Below, piece by piece: positions 1-6,945 of a stretch of 23,778 nt of DNA. Origin of the DNA: Bdellovibrionales bacterium. Its GTDB lineage: Bacteria; Bdellovibrionota; Bdellovibrionia; Bdellovibrionales; JAGQZY01. The notes under the pieces were generated by a model, which was not told the origin of the DNA, did not search any database, and saw nothing but the letters and a program-made list of their open reading frames with translations. Every line of letters begins with the position of its first letter. Position 1 is the stretch's first letter. The DNA is taken from assembly GCA_031426555.1 (NCBI GenBank), contig JANPLN010000048.1, positions 1 through 23,778 of the forward strand, in the 5' to 3' direction. A program made the translations under genes and the position numbers.

Positions 1-1
1 G

Positions 2-1963
2 TTTGTACGCCAGTACTTTAATTTGGACCTTAACGCAAAAATTCTTCTGGTGAGAATTGCAAATTCTAAACGTTTTTATTTTTCGGAAAGAGAAATACGC
101 AAATATGCCAAGGACTGCGATGTAGCAAAAGCCATTGATCATTTAATGAACCTTAATTTTTTAAAATGGGTGTCCACAAGTAACGAACTCGCACCACCGC
201 TGATCCAGTCGATGGGTGAAATATCTGATAGCTCCCATTCACTTTTTAAAGAACTCACGCAGCAACTCGGCGAAGCTCTGGTGCATGGGCAACCTCAGAC
301 CCAGCAGTTCGAATTTGATCTCTCAAGCTCGTCTTATTTTGTTGCCACATTTAAAATTTTTAGCAGCTATCTGGAGTTTTTGCATTTTGGGGATACCACG
401 TCCAACTCTACACAATTTGCTTTAGCACAACTCAACCTCGCCTCCGACGTCAGCCGGGGCCAGGTGATGGGTTTGTCGCGGCTAGATTGGTTGTTTTTTA
501 AAAGTGTCGGCGTGATGGCGGAATTTCCTCAACTCCAACAAACTTTATTTCAACTTTGCCACCTCCATTCCGATTCTCTGGCGCAGAAGCTTTCGTCATT
601 CACTTGTGCCTTTTTAATAAAAACTCTTTGGTTTTTAAAACCTGGTAAAGCCGCAAGCGAAAATACCAATCACAATCGATCAAGCCTAATTCACCTCGTT
701 TTTAGCACGGGGTTGAGCGATTTCTACGCGCCTGCGATACGTCATCTTAAGCGCACGAAAGACGAGCGCCTGAATGAGTTTTTAAAAAAACTTCCAAATA
801 TCGATTTGCCACCCGAAATAACACAATTTCTGCAGGGCGAAGATCCCACGTCCACTATTTCGCGCCGAACAATTCATTTGCCCCACGGTGCTTTAGCCGA
901 TTTAGAAGCTAGCTTGGCGCAGTTGTTGAGCACAAGTGGCATTGAGACTTATTATACGGAAAACCGGTTATGGAAAATGCTCTTCGCTCTCACATTTTGG
1001 GATATTTATTTTTCAAAAGATGCGCAGGGTCGATTGTCATTTATTGCTCCCACGCGCGAATTTTTCCAATCGAACGAAGCCCAGTTTGAGCAAATCTTGG
1101 CAAAACTGACCACGCCGCAAACCCATCAACGACACGTGCTCAAAAACTTTGCTGCCAACTACAAAAAGCCACAAAAATTTTTTCGCTGGACGCAAAAATA
1201 CATGGAGCCCATGATCAAGCTGATTGAGTTTTCTCCACCAGGCGCTGTGCCCACAGTTCTTCGGCGCATGGCAAAAGATTTTAAATTTTACTGTTCCGGG
1301 TTCCCTGATCTCATCTCCATCACCGCTGCTAAAAATAAAATCTCCTTTACCGAGATCAAAGCCGAAGGCGACAAAATAAGCCCCAAGCAAAACCTGAGGC
1401 TCTTCGAACTCCAATCCTTAGGTTACGATTGCGAAGTGGTGGATGTGCGCTGGGATCAAGATGACGGGCAAACTTACGTGGTGTTGGATGTAGAAACCAC
1501 GGGCGGGCTCCAAGGTCGAAATCGCGTGACTGAGATCGGCGCCGTCAAAATACAAAATGGACACGTGATTGATAATTATCAAACGCTGATCAATCCTTGC
1601 ATTCCGATTCCCCGTGCTATCACGCGACTCACCGGTATCGCCAATGAGATGGTCGCTAGCGCCCCAACGTTTACAGAAATTGCATTCCAATTACGAGAGT
1701 TTTTAAAAGGCAGTATCTTTGTCGCTCACCACGTGAGATTTGATTACGGTTTTATCCAAAAAGAATTTGCGCTGCTGGGTGAGGAGTTCTTCGCTCCCAC
1801 GGCTTGTACGGTAGTGCTGGCCCGCCGAAAATTTAAAGGCCTAGAGTCTTACTCACTGAAGAATCTCTGTCATCAGCTCGACATCTCACTAGAGACGCAT
1901 CACCGCGCGCACTGCGATGCTGTCGCTGCTTCGCAGATCTTTATCAAATGTATGAGTAATTAA
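2..1963 (+). CDS. FAN1-like VRR-NUC nuclease fused to a C-terminal DEDDh 3'-5' exonuclease (DNA Pol III epsilon-like); 5'-partial
   Basis: The frame is open from base 2 (FVRQYFNLDLNAKILLVR...), so the true start is probably upstream of the window rather than the TTG at 23. VRR-NUC PD-(D/E)xK motif GFPDL...FTEIKAEGDKISPKQ, preceded by ENRLWKMLFALTFWDI. Exonuclease motifs ExoI VLDVETTG, ExoII AHHVRFDYGF, ExoIII HHRAHCDA. Confidence 0.88.
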   Translation, partial: FVRQYFNLDLNAKILLVRIANSKRFYFSEREIRKYAKDCDVAKAIDHLMNLNFLKWVSTSNELAPPLIQSMGEISDSSHSLFKELTQQLGEALVHGQPQTQQFEFDLSSSSYFVATFKIFSSYLEFLHFGDTTSNSTQFALAQLNLASDVSRGQVMGLSRLDWLFFKSVGVMAEFPQLQQTLFQLCHLHSDSLAQKLSSFTCAFLIKTLWFLKPGKAASENTNHNRSSLIHLVFSTGLSDFYAPAIRHLKRTKDERLNEFLKKLPNIDLPPEITQFLQGEDPTSTISRRTIHLPHGALADLEASLAQLLSTSGIETYYTENRLWKMLFALTFWDIYFSKDAQGRLSFIAPTREFFQSNEAQFEQILAKLTTPQTHQRHVLKNFAANYKKPQKFFRWTQKYMEPMIKLIEFSPPGAVPTVLRRMAKDFKFYCSGFPDLISITAAKNKISFTEIKAEGDKISPKQNLRLFELQSLGYDCEVVDVRWDQDDGQTYVVLDVETTGGLQGRNRVTEIGAVKIQNGHVIDNYQTLINPCIPIPRAITRLTGIANEMVASAPTFTEIAFQLREFLKGSIFVAHHVRFDYGFIQKEFALLGEEFFAPTACTVVLARRKFKGLESYSLKNLCHQLDISLETHHRAHCDAVAASQIFIKCMSN

Positions 1964-2031
1964 AAAAGCAAAATCTAATTGGCCGCGGGTGAGGTAAGGT
2001 AACCATTATTTGTCTTCACGGGGATCAATGA

Positions 2032-2400
2032 CTATCCCGCCTTGAGATTAAACTCGATCTGTTGATACTCCACCACGGGGGTATGGATCACTCGCCCTTG
2101 GCTGATTGTGGATACCAACTTTAAAGCGCCCACTGTATTAAAAAATTGGATCAATTTATTGAGGTTAGATACATCCATCTTAAGTAACTGCGCTAGCTCA
2201 TAAACGGACTTCGGTTCGTGCCTCACAATAGCGGCAAGCACGCCGATGTTTTTAGCAAATCTATCGAAGTCTTTTTTTTTGCCAAAAGAAATTTCCATTT
2301 GATTCTGCTTGTGAGCTCCTTTTTGCGCCTTATCTAATACTTTTTTAAAGTCCGATAACGCTTCGGAAGTAGTTCTGATTGATACAATTAGTTTTTTCAT
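2032..2400 (-). CDS. Winged-HTH (MarR/HVO_A0114-like) DNA-binding protein, probable antitoxin of a DUF6516-type TA pair
   Basis: 122 aa containing AIVRHEPKSVYELAQLLKMDVSNLNKLIQFFNTVG...PVVEYQQIEF, typical of this HTH family. AGGAG lies upstream. The ATG overlaps the TGA of an upstream toxin-like remnant. Confidence 0.75.
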   Translation of the reverse strand: MKKLIVSIRTTSEALSDFKKVLDKAQKGAHKQNQMEISFGKKKDFDRFAKNIGVLAAIVRHEPKSVYELAQLLKMDVSNLNKLIQFFNTVGALKLVSTISQGRVIHTPVVEYQQIEFNLKAG

Positions 2401-2510
2401 AAGTTAACTCCTAACTCTTCCCAAACCAGTTTCTTAAAATCCTCGATAAGCAGCTCATAGTTAATATACACATAAGGACCTTCGTGCTGGTTAATATGGA
2501 CATGGGGAAA
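2397..2510 (-). pseudogene. C-terminal remnant of a DUF6516-like toxin
   Basis: A frame absent from the ORF track reads FPHVHINQHEGPYVYINYELLIEDFKKLVWEELGVNL*. Its TGA (2397-2399) overlaps the antitoxin ATG as ATGA. An in-frame TAA at 2541-2543 closes the frame and no N-terminal part is recognisable. Confidence 0.6.
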
Positions 2511-2702
2511 ATAAGCGAAGCCTTCAAAGCACGATACTCCTTATATTGGTTAAAATCAACCAATATTGATGGTTCCGACGAGAAAGCAACAACCACCGAG
2601 CCCGATCTGCAAACAATCGCGACGTGCCACATCCCTCCACTGCTCGCGCAGTCCCCAGGCATTTGAATTCCGGACCGGGCTCCAATTAAAGCCGGTAGCC
2701 CC

Positions 2703-2741
2703 ATAATTAGCCTTGACTAATTATTAGCTGTAGCTTATATT
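2703..2741 (+). promoter_or_regulatory. Sigma70 promoter of the TA operon with an overlapping inverted-repeat operator
   Basis: TTGACT (2713-2718), 17 bp spacer, TATATT (2736-2741). A perfect inverted repeat ATAATTAG (2703-2710) / CTAATTAT (2717-2724) straddles the -35 box. Confidence 0.7.
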
Positions 2742-2748
2742 GTGATCT

Positions 2749-3081
2749 GTGAAGGTTAAGTTTTACCTTAAATCATCAGGCCGCAGCCCCGTCGAAGAGT
2801 TCTTAACTGACTGCTCCGAAGGTATTCGAGCAGATTTCTTCGATGCAGTGAACTTGCTGGTCAATGGCCAAAATTTAACCTTGCCCCTGAATCGAAATCT
2901 TTCAAGCATCCACGCCGGACTGCATGAGCTACGGCTGAAAGATCGCAGCGGGCAGATTAGGGTCTTCTACTTTATCAAAAAGGGTGATGCGATTTATATG
3001 CTCCACGCCTTCAGGAAAAAGACCCAAGAATTGCCAAAGAACGAAATTGAAATAGTTTTGAAAAGAATAAAGGAGGTTTGA
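2749..3081 (+). CDS. Type II TA toxin, RelE/ParE superfamily (HigB/Gp49-like)
   Basis: 110 aa with FY..SGRSPVEEFL, GLHELRLKDRSGQIRVFYF and IYMLHAFRKKTQELPKNEIE. Toxin-first gene order, GTG start. Confidence 0.9.
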   Translation: MKVKFYLKSSGRSPVEEFLTDCSEGIRADFFDAVNLLVNGQNLTLPLNRNLSSIHAGLHELRLKDRSGQIRVFYFIKKGDAIYMLHAFRKKTQELPKNEIEIVLKRIKEV

Positions 3082-3082
3082 A

Positions 3083-3364
3083 ATGGCTTGGAAAGAAATG
3101 AATATCAACGAACTGGCAAAGTCGCTTGGTGTTAATGCCTCCGAGGTTCGTGAAAAGCAAAAAATTATTCAGTTGATTACAAAAACTAGAAAAGAGCTCA
3201 AATTATCCCAGGCAGCGCTTGCAAAAAAAATAGGTATTACTCAAGGACGAATCGCTCAAATTGAATCTGGTGTTGGAACATCGAAAGTGACTTTCGATAT
3301 TCTTCTCAGCATTTTGGTTACAATGGGTTTCGATTTTAAAATTCTTCCTAAAAAAACGGCCTAA
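3083..3364 (+). CDS. XRE-family HTH antitoxin (HigA-like)
   Basis: RKELKLSQAALAKKIGITQGRIAQIESG is an HTH_3 motif. Starts 1 nt after the toxin stop, with an AAGGAGG RBS. Confidence 0.9.
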   Translation: MAWKEMNINELAKSLGVNASEVREKQKIIQLITKTRKELKLSQAALAKKIGITQGRIAQIESGVGTSKVTFDILLSILVTMGFDFKILPKKTA

Positions 3365-3669
3365 GCGAGCGGTTTTGATTTCTCAAAAACAATCTTCGCA
3401 TGCAACCCGAGAGCAGCTATCACTCGCAGCATGAGATCGGTTGAGATATCTTTGGTGTTCCTGTTGAGTAAAGCAGTTATCCGGGTTCTTGAAGTTTTCG
3501 CTAGCTTTGCGACTTGTGCATGAGTGAGACCTTTTTTTAGAACAACCGCAACAATTTTGTCATTAAGATCACTGCGGATTTTGATTTCTAAGCCATTGCT
3601 TGCAGAAAGACCCAGAAGCTCTGCCAATTCTGTTTCGTTTTTCGTGATAATGGATTTAGTTTTTTTCAT
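3361..3669 (-). CDS. Orphan XRE-family HTH antitoxin-like protein
   Basis: KKGLTHAQVAKLAKTSRTRITALLNRNTKDISTDLMLRVIAALG is an HTH. I prefer the ATG at 3669 (MKKTKS) over 3699 because AAGGAG lies 7 nt upstream. Converges on the HigA-like gene with a 4-nt overlap. Confidence 0.8.
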   Translation of the reverse strand: MKKTKSIITKNETELAELLGLSASNGLEIKIRSDLNDKIVAVVLKKGLTHAQVAKLAKTSRTRITALLNRNTKDISTDLMLRVIAALGLHAKIVFEKSKPLA

Positions 3670-3784
3670 CGAGCATCTCCTTGGATCTTCAGAAAACATA
3701 TGTCTCAGATCTGGTACACTTCATCAAGATCAATCTATGGAACCTCCCCCACCAGTCCGCTAAAAAATCTCAATCTAAAACACT

Positions 3785-3811
3785 CTGCCATCCCATGACC
3801 TCCCATGACAG
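3785..3811. promoter_or_regulatory. Candidate operator upstream of the PEGA-WYL unit
   Basis: Direct repeat TCCCATGAC at 3791-3799 and 3801-3809 (10-bp period), within the imperfect inverted pair CTGCCA (3785-3790) / TGACAG (3806-3811). Confidence 0.35.
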
Positions 3812-3847
3812 GCCACAAGCGCACGCTCAAATAAAAGGAGCTGTAGG

Positions 3848-5395
3848 ATGTGGACACTTTTATGGATACTCAGCGCGCACGCCGAACCGGAGTGGATCTC
3901 CGCGCCACCTAAAGAAGACAGCACGTACAAATACTACGTGGGCCGCGCCGAAAATATTCCCACCGCCAGCGAAGCCTTAGCTCTTGCCAACAAAGATGCC
4001 GCTCGCCAAGCCGTGCGCAATAACTTTGGCTTTTCCTACGAGTTCTCCTCCCGCTCCATCGAAGACTCTCGCACAAGCGATGTGTCCACCTACGACCGCG
4101 AGTATGTTCAACGAGTGAACCTGCAGGGCTTTGAGTTTCAGGATCAACACATCGAGCAGCAATCGCGAGCTACTTCCGCCTTTGTGCTTTATCGCTATAA
4201 AAAACAAGCCATTCAAAAAGAACAACTCAGATTGAACGAAACCCCAAGCGACGTCACAACCACACTCCCGCAAGACATGGTGTCCACCACAGGCGAGGAC
4301 TCCCTCTACCTCGGTGGTCTCGACGTAGAAACCAATCCCCCAGGCGCCAAGGTGATCGTGGACGGAGAAGTTTACGGAAAAACGCCTCTCAAAATCCGCG
4401 GGCAGCTTGAGCCCGGCGAACACACCATCACTTTGGATCACCCGCAGCGCAAAACCTACCAAGCCAACATCTACATCAGCCCCGGACAAAACGGCCTTTT
4501 GCAAAAAAATCTCGAATACACTTACGGCAGACTGCGCTTTTTAAACCCACCCAGTGGAGCACAAATTAAAATCAATAATAAATTCATCGGCACCACGCCG
4601 TTTTCGGCAAACATCTTAGCCGGCACGCCGCTCACCATCGAAATCTCCCACCCGCAGTACTACACCGCAAAAATACAAAACTTCGTCCTCCACAAAGACG
4701 AGGACCAAACCATCGATTACACCCTCACACCCATCAACCCCCCGCAAGCCTCCATCCGCTCGCAAGCCACTGGCACCACAACCGACAACCTCGAACCCGA
4801 CGACTTCAAACTCTCCACGCTTCCAAAAATTTCCCTCGACGGATTTTTCCTGATCCCAAGAGTGCTCTACCACATCGACAGTCCCATGAACGAAGAGTCC
4901 TACCGCGCCCTCAGCGGTGCGCTGTTCGGCGGCGATCTCGGTCTGTGGGAGTACGGCGGCATCAGCCTCTACACCGGGTCGCTGACCAAAAGCTCACTCT
5001 CCGACGACACCACCACCTACTACGATCCGGACTACTCTCCCCTCGTCCTCGACTTCGAAGCCGCCAAGGTCACCATGTTCTCCGCCTACATCACCCTCTA
5101 CACCGATAGCTCGGTGGCGTATTTTTTATGCTACGACCGCTTCCAAATGGAGGCCGAGTACTCATACACCGTCGACGGTGCAACAAGCGCAATCACAAGC
5201 GACCCCCTCTTCGCCCAACAAACCGCACAAGGTGTGTCCCTGCGCATTGTCTCAAGAGGAAGCACAAAATCGTGGTCCCTCACCTTGGGCTTTGCCGGCT
5301 ACGACAAAAACATTTACGGCGTCGAGCGTAGCAGCGGGTATATCAATCTGGGTTTTGGTCTAGATGTTTTTCATTCGATAAATCCGATGGAGTAA
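3848..5395 (+). CDS. Secreted/envelope PEGA-domain protein with an LPP20-like N-terminal domain and a possible C-terminal beta-barrel
   Basis: AAGGAG RBS. Short hydrophobic N-terminus ending AHA. PEWI...KYYVG...EALALA..DA resembles LPP20. Two PEGA-like units (LDVETNPPGAKVIVDGEVYGKTPL and PPSGAQIKINNKFIGTTPF). The C-terminus has alternating hydrophobic strands ending YINLGFGLDVF. Confidence 0.75.
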   Translation: MWTLLWILSAHAEPEWISAPPKEDSTYKYYVGRAENIPTASEALALANKDAARQAVRNNFGFSYEFSSRSIEDSRTSDVSTYDREYVQRVNLQGFEFQDQHIEQQSRATSAFVLYRYKKQAIQKEQLRLNETPSDVTTTLPQDMVSTTGEDSLYLGGLDVETNPPGAKVIVDGEVYGKTPLKIRGQLEPGEHTITLDHPQRKTYQANIYISPGQNGLLQKNLEYTYGRLRFLNPPSGAQIKINNKFIGTTPFSANILAGTPLTIEISHPQYYTAKIQNFVLHKDEDQTIDYTLTPINPPQASIRSQATGTTTDNLEPDDFKLSTLPKISLDGFFLIPRVLYHIDSPMNEESYRALSGALFGGDLGLWEYGGISLYTGSLTKSSLSDDTTTYYDPDYSPLVLDFEAAKVTMFSAYITLYTDSSVAYFLCYDRFQMEAEYSYTVDGATSAITSDPLFAQQTAQGVSLRIVSRGSTKSWSLTLGFAGYDKNIYGVERSSGYINLGFGLDVFHSINPME

Positions 5396-5399
5396 AACA

Positions 5400-6410
5400 A
5401 TGGCACGAAACGAAACCACCGCCCGCGTTTTAAAAGTGATTCACATCCTGGAGATCCATCCCCAGGGCTTGAGCATTCGCGACCTGTATCAAAAACTGCA
5501 AGACGATGGCTTCCCCTGCTCCGTTCGCACGGTGTACCGCGACCTCGAAGCTATTCAGGCCGCCTACTTCCCCGTCACCCGCGAAGGCAGTGGCGACGAA
5601 AGCAAATGGAAGCTCGAAAGCATCGCCACCCTTAACGAAAAAGTGCAGTTCTCCTACCACGAACTCATGGCGCTGTTCCTTGCCAAAAACACGCTCGAAA
5701 ACCTGCAAGGCAGCGGCCTGTACCCCCACATCCGAAGCTTCTTCACCCGCCTCGAAAAAGCCCTGGGCCCCGGCGCCTCGCAAGAGATCGAACGCTTAAG
5801 AGAGTACATGGCCATCAAACCCCAAGCCACCTGGCAATCGGGCGTGTCGCAAGAAATCCTCGACACCATCTACGACGCCTGCGCCGAAGGCCATGTGCTA
5901 GAAATCGATTACACCGCAAAATCCGGCGAGCAAAAAGACAAAGTCGCAAAACGAAGACTTGGCCCCGAGGGCATTTACTTTGCCGATAGCGGCGTGTACC
6001 TGATCGCGCTGGATTTAAACACGCAAACCCACAAAACCTACGCCATCGCCCGCATCCTGCAAGCCCGAATGACCACCGACCCCTACGAATCAAAAAACTT
6101 TAGCCTGGCCGAATATATCAAAGACTCCATGGGCGTCCTCCGCCAAGGCGAAATCAGCGATGTGGAATTGTTTATCCAAGAACCCATGGCAAGTTATGTG
6201 AGCGAACGAAGATGGCATCAGTCGCAAAAGATCATCCGCGTAGATAACGGCATCCGCCTGAAACTGCACCTCCGCATCAACGACGAGCTCGTGCGCTGGG
6301 TGTTGGGGTTGGGGTCGTGTGCTGAAGTTGTGAGTCCGAAGGCTTTGCATGCTCAGGTGCAGAATGAGGCTATGAAGATTATGAAGAAAATAAATAAGAC
6401 GGCGGCTTAG
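5400..6410 (+). CDS. HTH-WYL-WCX transcriptional regulator (PafB/YafY-like)
   Basis: N-terminal wHTH with SVRTVYRDLEAI. WYL-type core RRLGPEGIYFADSGVYLIA...TYAIARI. WCX-type tail ERRWHQSQ...ELVRWVLGLGSCAEVVSPKAL. Confidence 0.92.
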   Translation: MARNETTARVLKVIHILEIHPQGLSIRDLYQKLQDDGFPCSVRTVYRDLEAIQAAYFPVTREGSGDESKWKLESIATLNEKVQFSYHELMALFLAKNTLENLQGSGLYPHIRSFFTRLEKALGPGASQEIERLREYMAIKPQATWQSGVSQEILDTIYDACAEGHVLEIDYTAKSGEQKDKVAKRRLGPEGIYFADSGVYLIALDLNTQTHKTYAIARILQARMTTDPYESKNFSLAEYIKDSMGVLRQGEISDVELFIQEPMASYVSERRWHQSQKIIRVDNGIRLKLHLRINDELVRWVLGLGSCAEVVSPKALHAQVQNEAMKIMKKINKTAA

Positions 6411-6648
6411 TAATTTGTTTTGAACAAATAAGATCGGATCCACCTACGCGGTATAAAACATCTGAAGTTCTAAACAATACTTTGTACAAAGCACTAGCAG
6501 TTAAGAGATATGCGAAAACTTTGGGATCGGATAAATTATGCTCAAAAATAAGTCAGGTCGACACTAGGTTCGAAATCAGGACAAAAATGAACTACATACT
6601 CAATTTTAATATGTATGCTTGCGGCATTATTTGCACATTAAAAAATCT

Positions 6649-6657
6649 TGATATGAT
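6649..6657 (+). promoter_or_regulatory. Possible extended -10 promoter for the small ORF at 6718
   Basis: TGaTATGAT at 6649-6657, with TTGCAC at 6631-6636 (15-bp spacer, suboptimal). Confidence 0.3.
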
Positions 6658-6717
6658 CACATTTATCTAGACTCAAAATACCTTTGGATTAAGATCCTTA
6701 AAGGAGTAAAATTACAT

Positions 6718-6945
6718 ATGAATTCATCGAAAACGGAATTTTCCCAGACCGAGAGTATTATTCAGGCAACCGAAAGTTGTGAACTAACTTTATCTGCAGA
6801 TAAAAAATGGCTTAGACTAGTGGTCGGCGGCAAACAGATAGTTAGTTTTCATGTTAACTATGTCAATTTGGTGCTGGGTAATTTAGAAAAAGCTCCCTAT
6901 TCGAAATTGATAATCAATAAACCAGATGATGGGCCGACAATTTAA
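6718..6945 (+). CDS. Small hypothetical protein (75 aa)
   Basis: AAGGAG at 6701-6706. The sequence looks like a globular beta-rich protein (CELTLSADKKWLRLVVGGKQIVSFHVNYVNLVLG). Its stop abuts the helicase stop. Confidence 0.55.
   Translation: MNSSKTEFSQTESIIQATESCELTLSADKKWLRLVVGGKQIVSFHVNYVNLVLGNLEKAPYSKLIINKPDDGPTI

Noticed and set aside
2272..2280. T9 run (A9 on the coding strand) as a phase-variation tract
   Set aside because: It is in frame, encodes KKK and is unremarkable in AT-rich DNA.
2411..2704. 97-aa minus-strand ORF and 60-aa plus-strand ORF (2484-2666)
   Set aside because: No recognisable motifs. The toxin-like signal lies in a different frame.
6413..6491. Palindromes ATTTGTT-N3-AACAAAT (6413-6429) and CTTTGTACAAAG (6480-6491, lambda att core-like)
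   Set aside because: Short and AT-rich, with no U-tail for a terminator and no partner site or recombinase. They could be binding sites but nothing supports this.
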